DNA of 63,311 bases, filler included, from Octopus bimaculoides (Eukaryota), in assembly GCF_001194135.2 (NCBI RefSeq). It is 5 parts of 5 records of this genome, joined end to end, with 100 filler letters (N's around TTAATTAATTAA, not from the genome) between each part and the next. Parts side by side here need not be neighbours in the genome. Positions count along the whole stretch, not along the records: positions 5,436 to 33,080 come from NC_068998.1; positions 33,181 to 43,672 come from NC_068985.1; 3 more parts are not named here. One strand, given 5' to 3'. The first letter of the stretch is position 1, and each line of letters opens with the position of its first letter. Of the stretch, positions 25,422 through 37,052 are shown piece after piece. The notes under the pieces were generated by a model. The model was given only the letters and a program-made list of their open reading frames with translations. It was not told the DNA's origin and did not search any database. The translations under genes were made by a program, and so were the position numbers.

Positions 25422-25635
25422 GTGCGATGGCAGAATCGTTAGAGCGTCGGATCTGAAATATTTATTTCTTCATTGCCCACAAGGGGTTAAACATAGAGGG
25501 GACAAACAAGGACAGACGAAGGGATTAAGTCGATTACATCGACCCCAGTATGAAACTGGTACTTAATTTATCGACCCCGATAAACGGCAGACGAAATACC
25601 GCTAAGCATTTTGCTCGGCGTGCTAACGATTCTAC
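25422..25635 (-). mobile_element. SINE family B, internally deleted minus copy next to a short plus-strand head
   Basis: GATTACATCGACCCCAGTATGAAACTGGTACTTAATTTATCGACCCCG and GCTAAGCATTTTGCTCGGCGTGCTAACGATTCT are reverse complements of family B segments. Confidence 0.7.
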
Positions 25636-27321
25636 TTCTCCTTCTCCTTCTCCTCCTCCTTCTTCTTGCTGTTGGCTTCCAAGTTTCCGTTGTTGTTGTT
25701 TTGTGGTGTCGATGGCAGCCGTGTTCCTCGTCGGCATTATCCATATTCAATATCCGATGTGGCCCACCATAGGAAGTCTGTTAGAATTAATAACTATCGA
25801 TTTTTACCATCTCTTATTGGGCTTTTACGGCCGGAATTAAACGGAGAAACCTTTCTCAAGCTTCTCAACAAACCGAAGAGGGAGGGTTTGAGGGATTAGG
25901 GCGGCGGTCAGGAGGAATAATACAACTTGTACAATAGAACACGATGCACGTGTTTACATATATATATATATATAAACACGAAGCACATGTATGTGCGCGT
26001 GTGTGTATGAGTGTATGTGTTTGTGTGTGTGTGCATATATATGTATATATATGTATATATATATATATATATAAATACACTCGTATAGACTTACATATAG
26101 ATGTGTTTACGTGCTTGTGTGTATCTGTATATGTATATATGTGTGTGTGTGTGTGTGTGTGTACATAAATTACATACGCACACACATATAATGCATGCCT
26201 ATAATCACACAAAGATTAACAGGAAAACATATACGCAGTGACATATGAAATCTTATACATACTCACACATACTCTCACGCACTTGCGCATACAGACTCAT
26301 GTGCACACGCACACGCATACATACAGAGAGTGAGGGGTAGAGTGAGTAATGAATAAACAAAGGCAGAAGGAAATAGAAAGAGAGGGTGGGAAATAGAGAG
26401 AGAGAGAGAGAGGGGAAATAGAGTAAAAGAGAGAGAGAGAGGGGGAAAATAGAGTAAAAGAGAGAGGGGGGGGGGAAATAGAGTAAAAGAGAGAGAGAGA
26501 GAGAGATGTTAATTCGGTAAAGGTAAAGGGAAGAAACCTTCCAAAGCAAAAGAAAGCGACCAACAGTGTAGTTGGAGGGAGTGTGGTCGAAATGACGAGT
26601 GTTAAATTTGTAATGCCTAAACGTTAGCTTGTATTTCTCACTGAACGCTGGCCAATATCCATAAAACAAATTCAATTAGGCTGAAATTCACTGCCAACTC
26701 TTCCGCATCTCATAAAAATAAACTAATTAATTCGTTGACAAAATGTCTCTTAAATCTTTTTCTTACAAAACCTTTACTCGGGCCGCCATTACACACCGTT
26801 TTTCTTCTTTTTTTTTCGTCTCTCCACACCCAGCCACTCGGCTACTCTTTTTATCTCTATTCTTCAACCAATCAAATACTCTGTTCTATTCCTTCCCCGC
26901 CTCCTTCACATATCTACTTGGTAACTTCTTTACTCTCACAACTCCGTCTACTCAGATACTCTTAGAACTCCTTATTCGCTATATCATCAGAAACTCTGTC
27001 CCCTTCCGTCACCAACTCTAAACTTTCCATTACGACAACTCGTTCACATTCACTTAAACTCTTTCACTGGTTTTCTTTCATTTCTTCGTTTTTCTTCAGT
27101 TCTTCCTTCTGGGATTTTCTTCTTTTATTCCTATCGTTCTCGCTACCAATCCTTTTCATTATCTTCGTTCAATTTTCCTGTATTTCTTTTGTTTTTAGTT
27201 TTCTGATTTTTACTTTTACTTTTACATTCTCTTCATTTTATGCTTATCTTAATCTTTTTTGTTTTCCCTTGACTCACTATCGTTCACTCTTTCTCGCACT
27301 CAAATGCCTCACCCTTGATAT

Positions 27322-27401
<80 letters not shown>

Positions 27402-27863
27402 GTATGTGTATATAAGAGAGAGGGAGGGTTACGTGAACGTAAAAATCCACACTAAGAAGAGAATCAATGATACAAAGGGGAGAAATTTGTTGTTTAGTGT
27501 CTCCGTACAACATAGCCAGATGTTTCGACTTCCGTATCCACAGAGAAGTATTTATGGTCTCTCTCCTTCTCCTTCTTTCTCTCCGTCTCTCTCTCTCCTT
27601 TCTCTTTATATGTATATATATAATATATATATACAATTAGAACAGTGCTAATAGTAGCTTTAGTTTCATGCTTTAAGATACATTAAGTTGACATATTTAT
27701 ATACGACATGCCATGTATCTCCAAGAAATCTTCCAGTCTCAGTTCATAACGTGAGATGTATTTAACCCATTAAGTCCCAGAGTACTTAAATTTCTGAATA
27801 TTAATTTTTAATTTTTATAGATGATTGAAAATAAGTTGAAATGAAAAAAAATAATTATTAAAA

Positions 27864-27950
27864 CCCCTAAAGAAGGCTGGAGGGCATATCAGCCGAAATG
27901 TGTCAACAACAAATAAGATGAGGACAAATATCCGTCGAATGTAAATAATG
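27864..27950 (+). mobile_element. PLE-type terminal segment with degenerate hammerhead
   Basis: CTAAAGA-A-GGCTG(GAGGGCATAT)CAGCC-GAAA: perfect 5-bp stem II and G5-to-A change in the core; ends in (AATGTAAAT)2. Confidence 0.55.
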
Positions 27951-27956
27951 TAAATA

Positions 27957-28283
27957 ATGGAATTAAGTAGTGTAGTGGAATTCTTGGACCTGAAAAGAAT
28001 GTGCGATTTTTCAGTTGCACATAACTTACAACTCTTTGATCCATATTTATATGGCGCATACGTCTCCATGATTCTTCATTTGATTGTATGCAATGTGCAT
28101 TTGATCTTCAGATCGTATACACGGCTAGTCAACTTACTGGCCTTATTTTTATCAATGAGTCGGAAAGAAGACTGGTGGTTTACATAACGGCTTTTAAAAT
28201 AGCCATCGCATAAACCTATGTAATTTTTCTATTTTTTGATTATATTGTCTTGGAGCATTTTTGTAACTTTGGCTTCGTAAACA
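27957..28283 (-). mobile_element. Penelope-like element GIY-YIG endonuclease relic
   Basis: One frame reads VYEAKVT...*KNYIGLCDGYFKSRYVNHQSSFR...KLTSRVYDLK...IK*RIMETYAPYKYGSKSCKLCATEKSHILFRSKNSTTLLNS, colinear with the ORF at 42010-42477; two in-frame stops. Confidence 0.85.
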
Positions 28284-28617
28284 AAACACACACAAAATCT
28301 TATCTTATTTAATTATCATATACAGAAAAGCATGCCACAATGCAGCAAGAACGTGCAATAAATGCCTGTGGATGATACAAACAAAATAATACAGAAACAA
28401 GGGTTATGACATTAAATATTGATACCCGAATGCATTTAATAACACAAAATAAGATATACAAACATTCTATAATTAAAATATATATTCTCATATTCTTTTA
28501 CTCGTAAATAAGTACCAGTTATCCACTGGGGTCGATGCAACCGACTTACCTCCTCCCCAAAAATTTCAGGCCTTGTGCCTTTAGTAGAAATTATTATTAT
28601 TATTGTTGTTGTTGTTA

Positions 28618-28850
28618 AAGCGGCAAGCTAGCAGAATCGATAGCAAGCCGGACGAAATGCTTAGCGGTATTTTGTCTGTCTTTGCGTTCTGAGTTCAAAT
28701 TCCACCGAAGTTGACTTTGCCTTTCATTCTTTCAGGCTCGATAAATCAAGTACCAATTGCGTACTGGGGTCCATCTAATCGATTATCCTTCCTCTTCCCC
28801 CTAAATTTCAGGCCTTGTGTCTTTCGTAGAAAGGATTATTATTATTATTA
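28618..28850 (+). mobile_element. SINE family B, near full length (3' fragment of another copy at 28500-28600)
   Basis: Head GCGGCAAGCTAGCAGAATCG, core and AATTTCAGGCCTTGTG...AGAAAGG(ATT)n tail. Confidence 0.85.
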
Positions 28851-29109
28851 TTAATATCATCATCATCGTCATCATCACCATCATCATAATTATCACATAA
28901 TGATAATCCCAAAATACTTGGTACAAAAAAAAAAAAAACTAAAAAATTCTAAGTTTTCAGATTATTTTCACTACAACGACAGAAAAATTACGATTTTTAA
29001 GAAACTAACACCCTAAGAACCGCAATTAACTAATTATTAATTAAATTTAAAAACGACTAAAATAGTTTAATGAATTGATAGCCGCGTCTGAACTAATTCC
29101 TGATGAAGG

Positions 29110-30240
29110 GTATTACTGTAGGTGGGGATGGGTATATATTGTTGACGGGTAGAGGGAGATTTAGTTGACTGGAGATAAGGGTAGATATGTAGGTGGCATA
29201 GGGGTATTAATGGGGTGGGGAATAAAGTTGACGAGTAGTGGGTGGATATAGCAGGTAGGTACACGGGGTATTTCTGCTAATGGTGAGGTGGGATATATTG
29301 TTGCGTGCGTGGGTGGAAAATATTAATATTGGTAGGGTAGTATTGTTTAGATGTGGGGTGGAGCATAGTTGAGGGTTGTCAGCACGTTTTAAATGGTAGA
29401 GGAGGGGGAGATGTAATCATATAGTTGACAGGTGCTGGGTAAATTCCATAGTTAGTGAGGTGGTTGTAATTGCCCGTTGGTGGTTATATTTCTGTAGTTG
29501 GCCGGTTACGGGTAGATACAGCCGATGGTTAGTGGACATATTTGTGTAGTCAGTGTGTGTGATAGCTCACTAGTGGTGGGTATATGTATATATCTGTATA
29601 CGTTTAGGGGTACATATAATTAGCAGCTTCTAAGGTAGATATAGCTGACTGTTGGTGGGTATATTTCTGTACTTGGCCGGTAAGATATAATTAACGGGTG
29701 GAGGATACGTCTTGAAGCTAGTTTGGGTTATAGTTAACAAGTGATAGGTTTATGAGTAAATTTGTGTAGGTGTTTGGGTAGATATAATCTGCAGGTTCTG
29801 AGGTACGTATATTTTTGTAACTGACGGGTAGATATAGCTGACGGGTGGCGGGTATACTTCTGAAGTTAGTGTGGGGGATAGCTAGCTAGTAGTGGGTAGA
29901 TTTTTATAGATGTTCTAGGTAGATATAATTTGCAAGTTCTTGGGTAGGTATAGCTGACGGGTGGTGGGTATATTTCTGTAGTTAGTGTGGGCAACAGCAA
30001 GCTAGTGGTGGGTAGATTTGTATAGGTGTTTGGGTCGATATAATTTGCAGGTTCTGGAATAGATACAGTTGGCCGGTGATAGATATATTTCTGTAATTGG
30101 CCGGCTAGATATAGCTGACGGATAGAGTAGGAGTTAAAATATAATTGACGGGTGTGGTAAAAGGGGTAGATATAGCTGACAGATTGTGGGTATAGAGGTA
30201 TATTAGTGTTAGTGGCGGGGTAGATATGACGGGTGGCTGG
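29110..30240. repeat. Degenerate G/T-rich minisatellite (about 20-bp subunits, about 117-122-bp higher-order period)
   Basis: GGGTAGATATAGCTGACGGGTGGTGGGTATATTTCTGTAGTT-like blocks recur near 29516, 29638, 29831 and 29948. Confidence 0.75.
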
Positions 30241-30408
30241 AATATTATTTACATATTCTCATAACCTAATTTATATAACAGCGCAAACACTTTTCACACA
30301 TTCAAATTTAAATTCATTAATCCTAAATGCAATGAAATGTATTTATGTGTGAGTGTGTGTATGAGTATGTGTGTAAGCGTGAGTGTGTGTGTGTGTATGT
30401 GTGTAAGC

Positions 30409-30462
<54 letters not shown>

Positions 30463-31949
30463 TAAAACGTAATTAATAAATAAACTAATTAATTATATCA
30501 AATATCACAATTATATCAGGAGTCGATTGAATGGTGTATTTTTATTTATTCAAATGAGTGTGTATGTATGTATCTATGCATCTATCATTCTATGTATGTA
30601 GATGCGTGTGTATGTATGTATGTATGTATGCATGCATCAGTGTATCTATGTTTTAGTGACGTACATGTATTAGTGTGTGTGAGTGTGTGTGTGGTGCCTT
30701 ATTGAGGGCATGTACGTCGGTTGTGATATCTCGCAGCTCTTTCCATGTCTATAATCATTATTAATATTATTATTATTGTTGTTGTTGTTGCGTGAGAGAC
30801 ATCAGCGCATGCCATCAAAGTGACACTGGGGTACAGATATTCGAAGCTCAGTATATCCATCATAGTTACCCGCACGACAAGGGTACATCAGGTACACAAT
30901 CACATGTGCGCGACATTGTAACATTTACGTTTTGTTTTAGCATTGTTTTATGTGTTATTGCTCCATGATTGTTGTGTGTGGCGTTGATATCTTTTAGTTC
31001 CATAAAGGTAATTTCGATGCTATTAACTCTGTTTATCTAAAGCATTTTCTTAACTTTGTCCTAAACGTTCCTGCCTGTTTCTATGCTTGCATTTAGCCCT
31101 TGTTTCATACATTCTGAGTAATACAAAACCTTCTTTTAATAAATCCCATGAAAACCTGGTGGTTGAAAAAATCGGGAATATTTATCATATATGATGTATG
31201 GACACCCGGCCAGTATGTTTTATATATTGCATAGAATACACAGAACAGGCCAAGGGTTAGTGATGTTTTAAAGTATTTTACATGTAAGATAACACTATTA
31301 CTTCCCGTTTTTAATATTGCTGACACTGCTGTTCACATTGGTATTCATTAATACTCTGTTGTTTTATTCTGGGGTATCGCTTGGTGACTTCTATCTTGTT
31401 ATTTCGTACATTATGTTAGACACCATTTTTGATATTTTAGAATTCATTTGCTGAGGATTCGTGGCTTTTGTCCTTCTCTGACGGTATTCGTACGTCTTGG
31501 GAAAAGTGTTTCTAAGTGGGAAATATATTGATAGACTGGTATTCAATCTGTGACCACTCCGTCTTCTCTTCCTTTGCTTTCAGCCTTATGGTTGGTGATT
31601 TGATATATGTGTGTGTGTGTGTATGTGTACCTATTCTTATTATATTCTCTACTTTCATGGTACTCCTTATATTTTTTATGTTTATATTCTTATATTTCAA
31701 TATTTTTATCATCTATGTCTTAATATAAATATGTGGTTATTTGAATGGAATAGTATCTCATGTCATACATCTGAATTATGAATTTGCTTGTCTGAATGTT
31801 TAAGATGAATATCTGAAATTCTTAACTTATACCAAATTTTACAAATCTTTTGCTCGTATATACGAGCGAAAAAACAGTTGCACTATATACTGGAGCTTTA
31901 TCGCCATTAAAATTCTCGTATNNNNNNNNNNNNNNNNNNATATATATCA

Positions 31950-32125
31950 CCATGATAGATCGCTAGCCACTACACATTCTTTTCTTCTCTCTTTTTTTTT
32001 CTCTCCTTGTTTCTTTCTGTGGAAAAGCGTAGGCTCGAAACGTTAAAGGTTTTTTCACTTCACGAGCGTTATACTAATACATCTATTTGTTTTCTACACC
32101 ACCTGTCTTCGTCTTTTTTTTGTGT
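31950..32125 (+). mobile_element. PLE-type terminal segment with degenerate dimer-type hammerhead
   Basis: CTTT-CTGTGGA-A-AAGC(GTAG)GCTC-GAAACGTT-AAAG at about 32012-32048; same AGAGC..GCTCGAAACG pattern as 22195-22228. Confidence 0.5.
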
Positions 32126-32427
32126 ATTCTCCCTGTGTGTGTGTGTGCGTGTGCGTGTGCGTGTGTGTGCGTGTGTATATACTTGGTCGTTTTTCTACGT
32201 TGAGTTATACTAAAGACAATTCTACATTAAACTGAAGGGTTGCAAATACTTTTTTTCTGTGTATGTTTATTTAACTTCAACAAGAACAGCGGTGGCATTA
32301 ACTTCGATGACTCGGCCTGCTCGCCGTCATCGAACAATCTGCTGAAGACTAGGAAACCGAAACATCATGGTTGCTGTCACTGTATTTCTTGTAAAAGTCT
32401 AACATATATATAAAAATGTGTGGTGTG

Positions 32428-32479
<52 letters not shown>

Positions 32480-32619
32480 CAAGATCTACAAGTGGCCATT
32501 TTTGATTTGATTTCTGATTTTCATTTTCATGCCACAGACACACACACACACACACACACAAATACACACACACACCGACCTCTTTAACACTTTATCTCTT
32601 CTCTCTTTAATGTCAACAG

Positions 32620-32798
32620 TTTCCCAACAAAGTAACGTCATAGTTGATAAAGACGGCAAACGGAAGCACACGCGGCCGACATTTTCTGGCCAACAGATAT
32701 TCGCCCTGGAGAAAACATTTGAACAAACAAAATACTTAGCAGGACCAGAAAGAGCACGACTGGCTTACGCACTCGGGATGTCAGAAAGTCAAGTTAAG
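32620..32798 (+). CDS. Nkx6: Nkx6/HGTX homeobox gene, internal exon (homeodomain helices 1-2 and start of helix 3)
   Basis: Encodes [59 protein letters not shown], the NK6-family signature. Polypyrimidine tract + AG at 32618-32619 (phase 1) and donor GTAGGT at 32799 (phase 0, just before the expected VWFQNRR). Confidence 0.97.
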
Positions 32799-33080
32799 GT
32801 AGGTGAATGAATCGTCTTTTGACATTATTTAAACAAACGATTTAGTTGGAAACAACACTATCTCTAAGTATGGATTACTCTGAGTGTTTGTGTGTAGGAG
32901 TGTGTATATATGTGCATAAATATATACATATACATACATACATATATATATATATTTATATATATATACATGCATATATATATATACATATATACATGCA
33001 TATATATATATACATATATACATGCATATATATATATACATATATACATGCATATATATATATACATATATACATGCATA

Positions 33081-33180
33081 NNNNNNNNNNNNNNNNNNNN
33101 NNNNNNNNNNNNNNNNNNNNNNNNTTAATTAATTAANNNNNNNNNNNNNNNNNNNNNNNNNNNNNNNNNNNNNNNNNNNN
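33081..33180. other. Artificial scaffold-concatenation spacer
   Basis: 44 N + TTAATTAATTAA + 44 N. Confidence 0.95.
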
Positions 33181-33859
33181 GTGTGTGTGTGTTTGTGTGT
33201 ATGTGTGTGTGTATTTATATGTAGGTATGTATGCCTTATTTTTGAAGGCGTATATATAAGTGACTAGAAGAAAGGAAACGATTTACTTTTATATTAATGT
33301 ACTGCAGCAAGAGCGAGATATTAATGATTAAAACCAATTTTATCATAATAAATTAAGGTAATCCAAAAGAATTTTGCGATTATTTCACCTTATACCTCCA
33401 TAGAATAGTCTTTATACAAAACATTTATTCATTACAATGTCCTTGGTTTTGATAGATCTCCAAGAGAAAAGTTTTGAAGTTCAAATTTCATATTGAAGAC
33501 CGCTAATTCATTTGCTCTAATTGTTAGACATTTTCACACCGATTTTCTCAAGGTGTTAATGATTAAATAATTTAATTAGTCGGTAATGAGTGTAATAAAT
33601 GATTCTAAATTTATAATATAAGTCGTTGTTAACATTATTATCATTATTGAACGAGTAACTGGCTGCTTCGATATGATTCTCAAGAATATTACGATAAATA
33701 TGCTAATAGAAGCAAATTTCTAGAGAATAAGAGATAGAAAGCATGGCATTAACGAAAATAGAATGTGTTCATTTCTAAGACGTCTAGCTGCGGGATCATA
33801 TTTTCAAGAACTGCTTGTTGACCGCGAGAATAAGTAGTAGGCTTACAAAAAATTTGCTC

Positions 33860-34099
33860 GATTTGATCGACTAAAGGCGTTGCTCCAGCATGGCCAGAGT
33901 GAAACTGACTGAAACAAGGAAAAAATTAAAAGAGTAAAGGCACAGGAGTTGCTGTGTGTTACGGAGCTTGCTTACGAACAACATGGTTCTCTGTTCAGTC
34001 CCACAGCGTTCTACCTTAGGAAAGTGTTTCCTCAAATAGCCTCGGTCCTATAAAAGACTTGTGAGCATATTTGGTAGACGGAAACTAAAAGAAACGTGT

Positions 34100-34166
<67 letters not shown>

Positions 34167-34262
34167 TTGTGTGTCTGTGTTTGTCCTCCCAACATCGCTT
34201 GACAACCGATTCTTGGGTGTTTAAGTCCCCGTAACTTAGCAGTTCGGTATAATTAACCGATA
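33860..34262 (+). mobile_element. SINE family C: 3' end of one copy followed by a 3'-truncated copy
   Basis: CGACTAAAGGCGTTGCTCCAGCATGGCC tail, then GGCACAGGAGTTGCTGTGTG head, core and internal (TA)n. Confidence 0.8.
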
Positions 34263-35850
34263 TATAAATATGTATATACGATGGGTTGAATTCTTTTTCC
34301 GTCAACCGAATCCACTTACGCGTCATATGTCGTCATGAGGTTATAGCAGAAAACAACCGTGCACGGTGTCAGGCAGTAGGAGGGAACACGGAGTCACTTG
34401 GTGGAGTAGACATCTTTTTATCACACAATTTCGCTTCTACTAATTTTCACAAAACCTCGCTGAAAACTGTTGCTCGCATTTTCGAAGCGCGAAATTAGTT
34501 GATTTCTTTAAAATCATACAAATTATTCAACCATATAAAATACTTGTTTAACTTATAGAAGGAGAAATATTCAAGGAAAGTTTAAAGATCTAATGAAATT
34601 ATACCTGGTGTTCTCTGAATATTATTTTGTCTGTTCTTTGATAAATTTCATAAGCAACGAAAACGAATAAAAGAAAAATAAACCGATTGAAACATTCACA
34701 CAATTATTGCCGACATTTCGAATGCGATTTTGAATAAACTTCATTGCTCCAAGGCAAAGCACCGATTTAGAAATAAAGGAAAAGCGATAAATATGGTTGA
34801 GTAAAAAAGGGTTTGCATTTCAATTCAGATTTCCGCTAGTATTTAGCCAGAAATGTAACAATAAATGAGTGACTGCGTCTGCAAAATCAGAGACTTCCAT
34901 ATAAAGTATTCATTGAAAAAGAATTTGTTTGAATAAAAATTTCAAGATATATGTACCAACCTAGAGAAACATATACCTTATGTTAAGAAAAGTACATATA
35001 AACAAACTAACGGGTGCGTATGCACATACACAAACCCGTACACTTGCTCGATCAAACGCGCGTACTTTCACTCGAACATACACGCGCGGACATGCATACA
35101 CATATGCATCTATGAGCAAATACATACATATATGTATATATATACACATATATATATATATATATATATNNNNNNNNNNNNNNNNNNNNNNNNNNNNNNN
35201 NNNNNNNNNNNNNNNNNNNNNNNNNNNNNNNNNNNNNNNNNNNNNNNNNNNNNNNNNNNNNNNNNNNNNNNNNNNNNNNNNNATTATGCACACATGGATA
35301 CACAGATACATATATATATATATATAAATTTATATATTTATGCACACATGGATACACAGATACATACATACATATAAATATACGCACATTTATATACACA
35401 TACACATACACATATATATGGCTGGGTATGTGTGTGTGTATCAATTACCATATTATAACGTAATACGTTTTATTACTTGAAATGTTGTTTCACGAAAATT
35501 GAAGACGCATTGTCATATATTTCAATATGAACACAGGTGATATCGCAGACAGAACCAGTTTTAAATGATTGTGCAGAAAATGCTTTCATGAATATTGATG
35601 TGCATGACTGTTCGTTACCATATTAATTGTTTTGAAAATAGGAGGTATTGTCTCTAACATGCTATTCATGCGCTTGTATTCATATCTTCAAACTTAAATT
35701 AAGTTACCAAAGGGAGTGAAATAGAGAATAATTCTGATAATTTGGTAAACACGCACACACCGACGTATATATGTTTGCATGCGTCTACAAACACGTACAC
35801 GCTCACATGCACACATACACACACACACCCCCACACACACACACACACAT

Positions 35851-35908
<58 letters not shown>

Positions 35909-36424
35909 GTACAGACATGCGTATATGTGTATATGCATGTCTGTAACTTTAGATTACGTCACGTTTTTAATAAGCAGTTCTTCGATTGTGAGGCTGGAAT
36001 TGATTGTCTTCTGTGATCTTCATGACAGGCATAGATATAAAATATTTTAGCTAAGTAGCCTCTCACTGCTACGTTACCTCTTTCTCTATAGGTTCGCTAG
36101 TAACGTTATCACGGGTTGTGTGTCATAATCAAAGTACAGAATCAAGCTAATTTCACATTTTCCATATGAATGTCAGAAATGCATATGAAAATAATATGGA
36201 TAAAATTGTGGTATGCTTCCTACACATATGTGCATATTATGTATAGAAGACTGTTTGATTCCTTCATACAAACAAATAGATATGTAGAAACGTAGTTATA
36301 TAGATCACTTGATAGACAGCTAGTTTGTACAATATGTGTGTATGTATATGTGTATGTGTGTGTGTGCGCGCGTGTGTAGACACAGACAGATAGGTAGATA
36401 GATTGAGTGATTCATTGATTTATT

Positions 36425-36505
36425 GATAGATAGATAGATAGGTAGATAGATAGATAGATAGATAGATAAATTGATAGATAGATAGATATATAGATAGATA
36501 GATAT

Positions 36506-36560
<55 letters not shown>

Positions 36561-36577
36561 TATAGATAGATAGATAC
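36425..36577. repeat. (GATA)n microsatellite
   Basis: Direct tetranucleotide run. Confidence 0.95.
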
Positions 36578-36978
36578 TAGTAAGTGAAATAATCACAGAA
36601 AATAGTGAGATATATAAGTATATGTAAATAAATGGTCAGATAGATTGGCAGATAGGACATGAAGAGAGGCAGAGAAATTAAGTAATTGTATATGTATGAA
36701 TTGTGTATGTGTGTCTGTGTGAGAAAAACATTAGAACTGAAAAGTATTTCCTGAGTTGACTCTCAATTTAAAAAGTAATTCCTTAGATGACTTTCAATTT
36801 AAATTATGATCGTCTTGGAGGCGTTGTTTTAACATGTAATTCCTGAAGTATTAATTTCAATGATATATTTTATAGCTAAATCCGTTGACGCAATTGAAAC
36901 AATTGTCGCTTCTTAAAGGTTAATTCTACAATAATGTTTTGACTTTTCGTACGTGGTATGTTGTTATATATATATATT

Positions 36979-37052
<74 letters not shown>

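Noticed and set aside
29091-29115. GTC...CCTGATGAAGGG as a hammerhead
   Set aside because: No GAAA partner; the sequence runs into the minisatellite. At most a truncated remnant.
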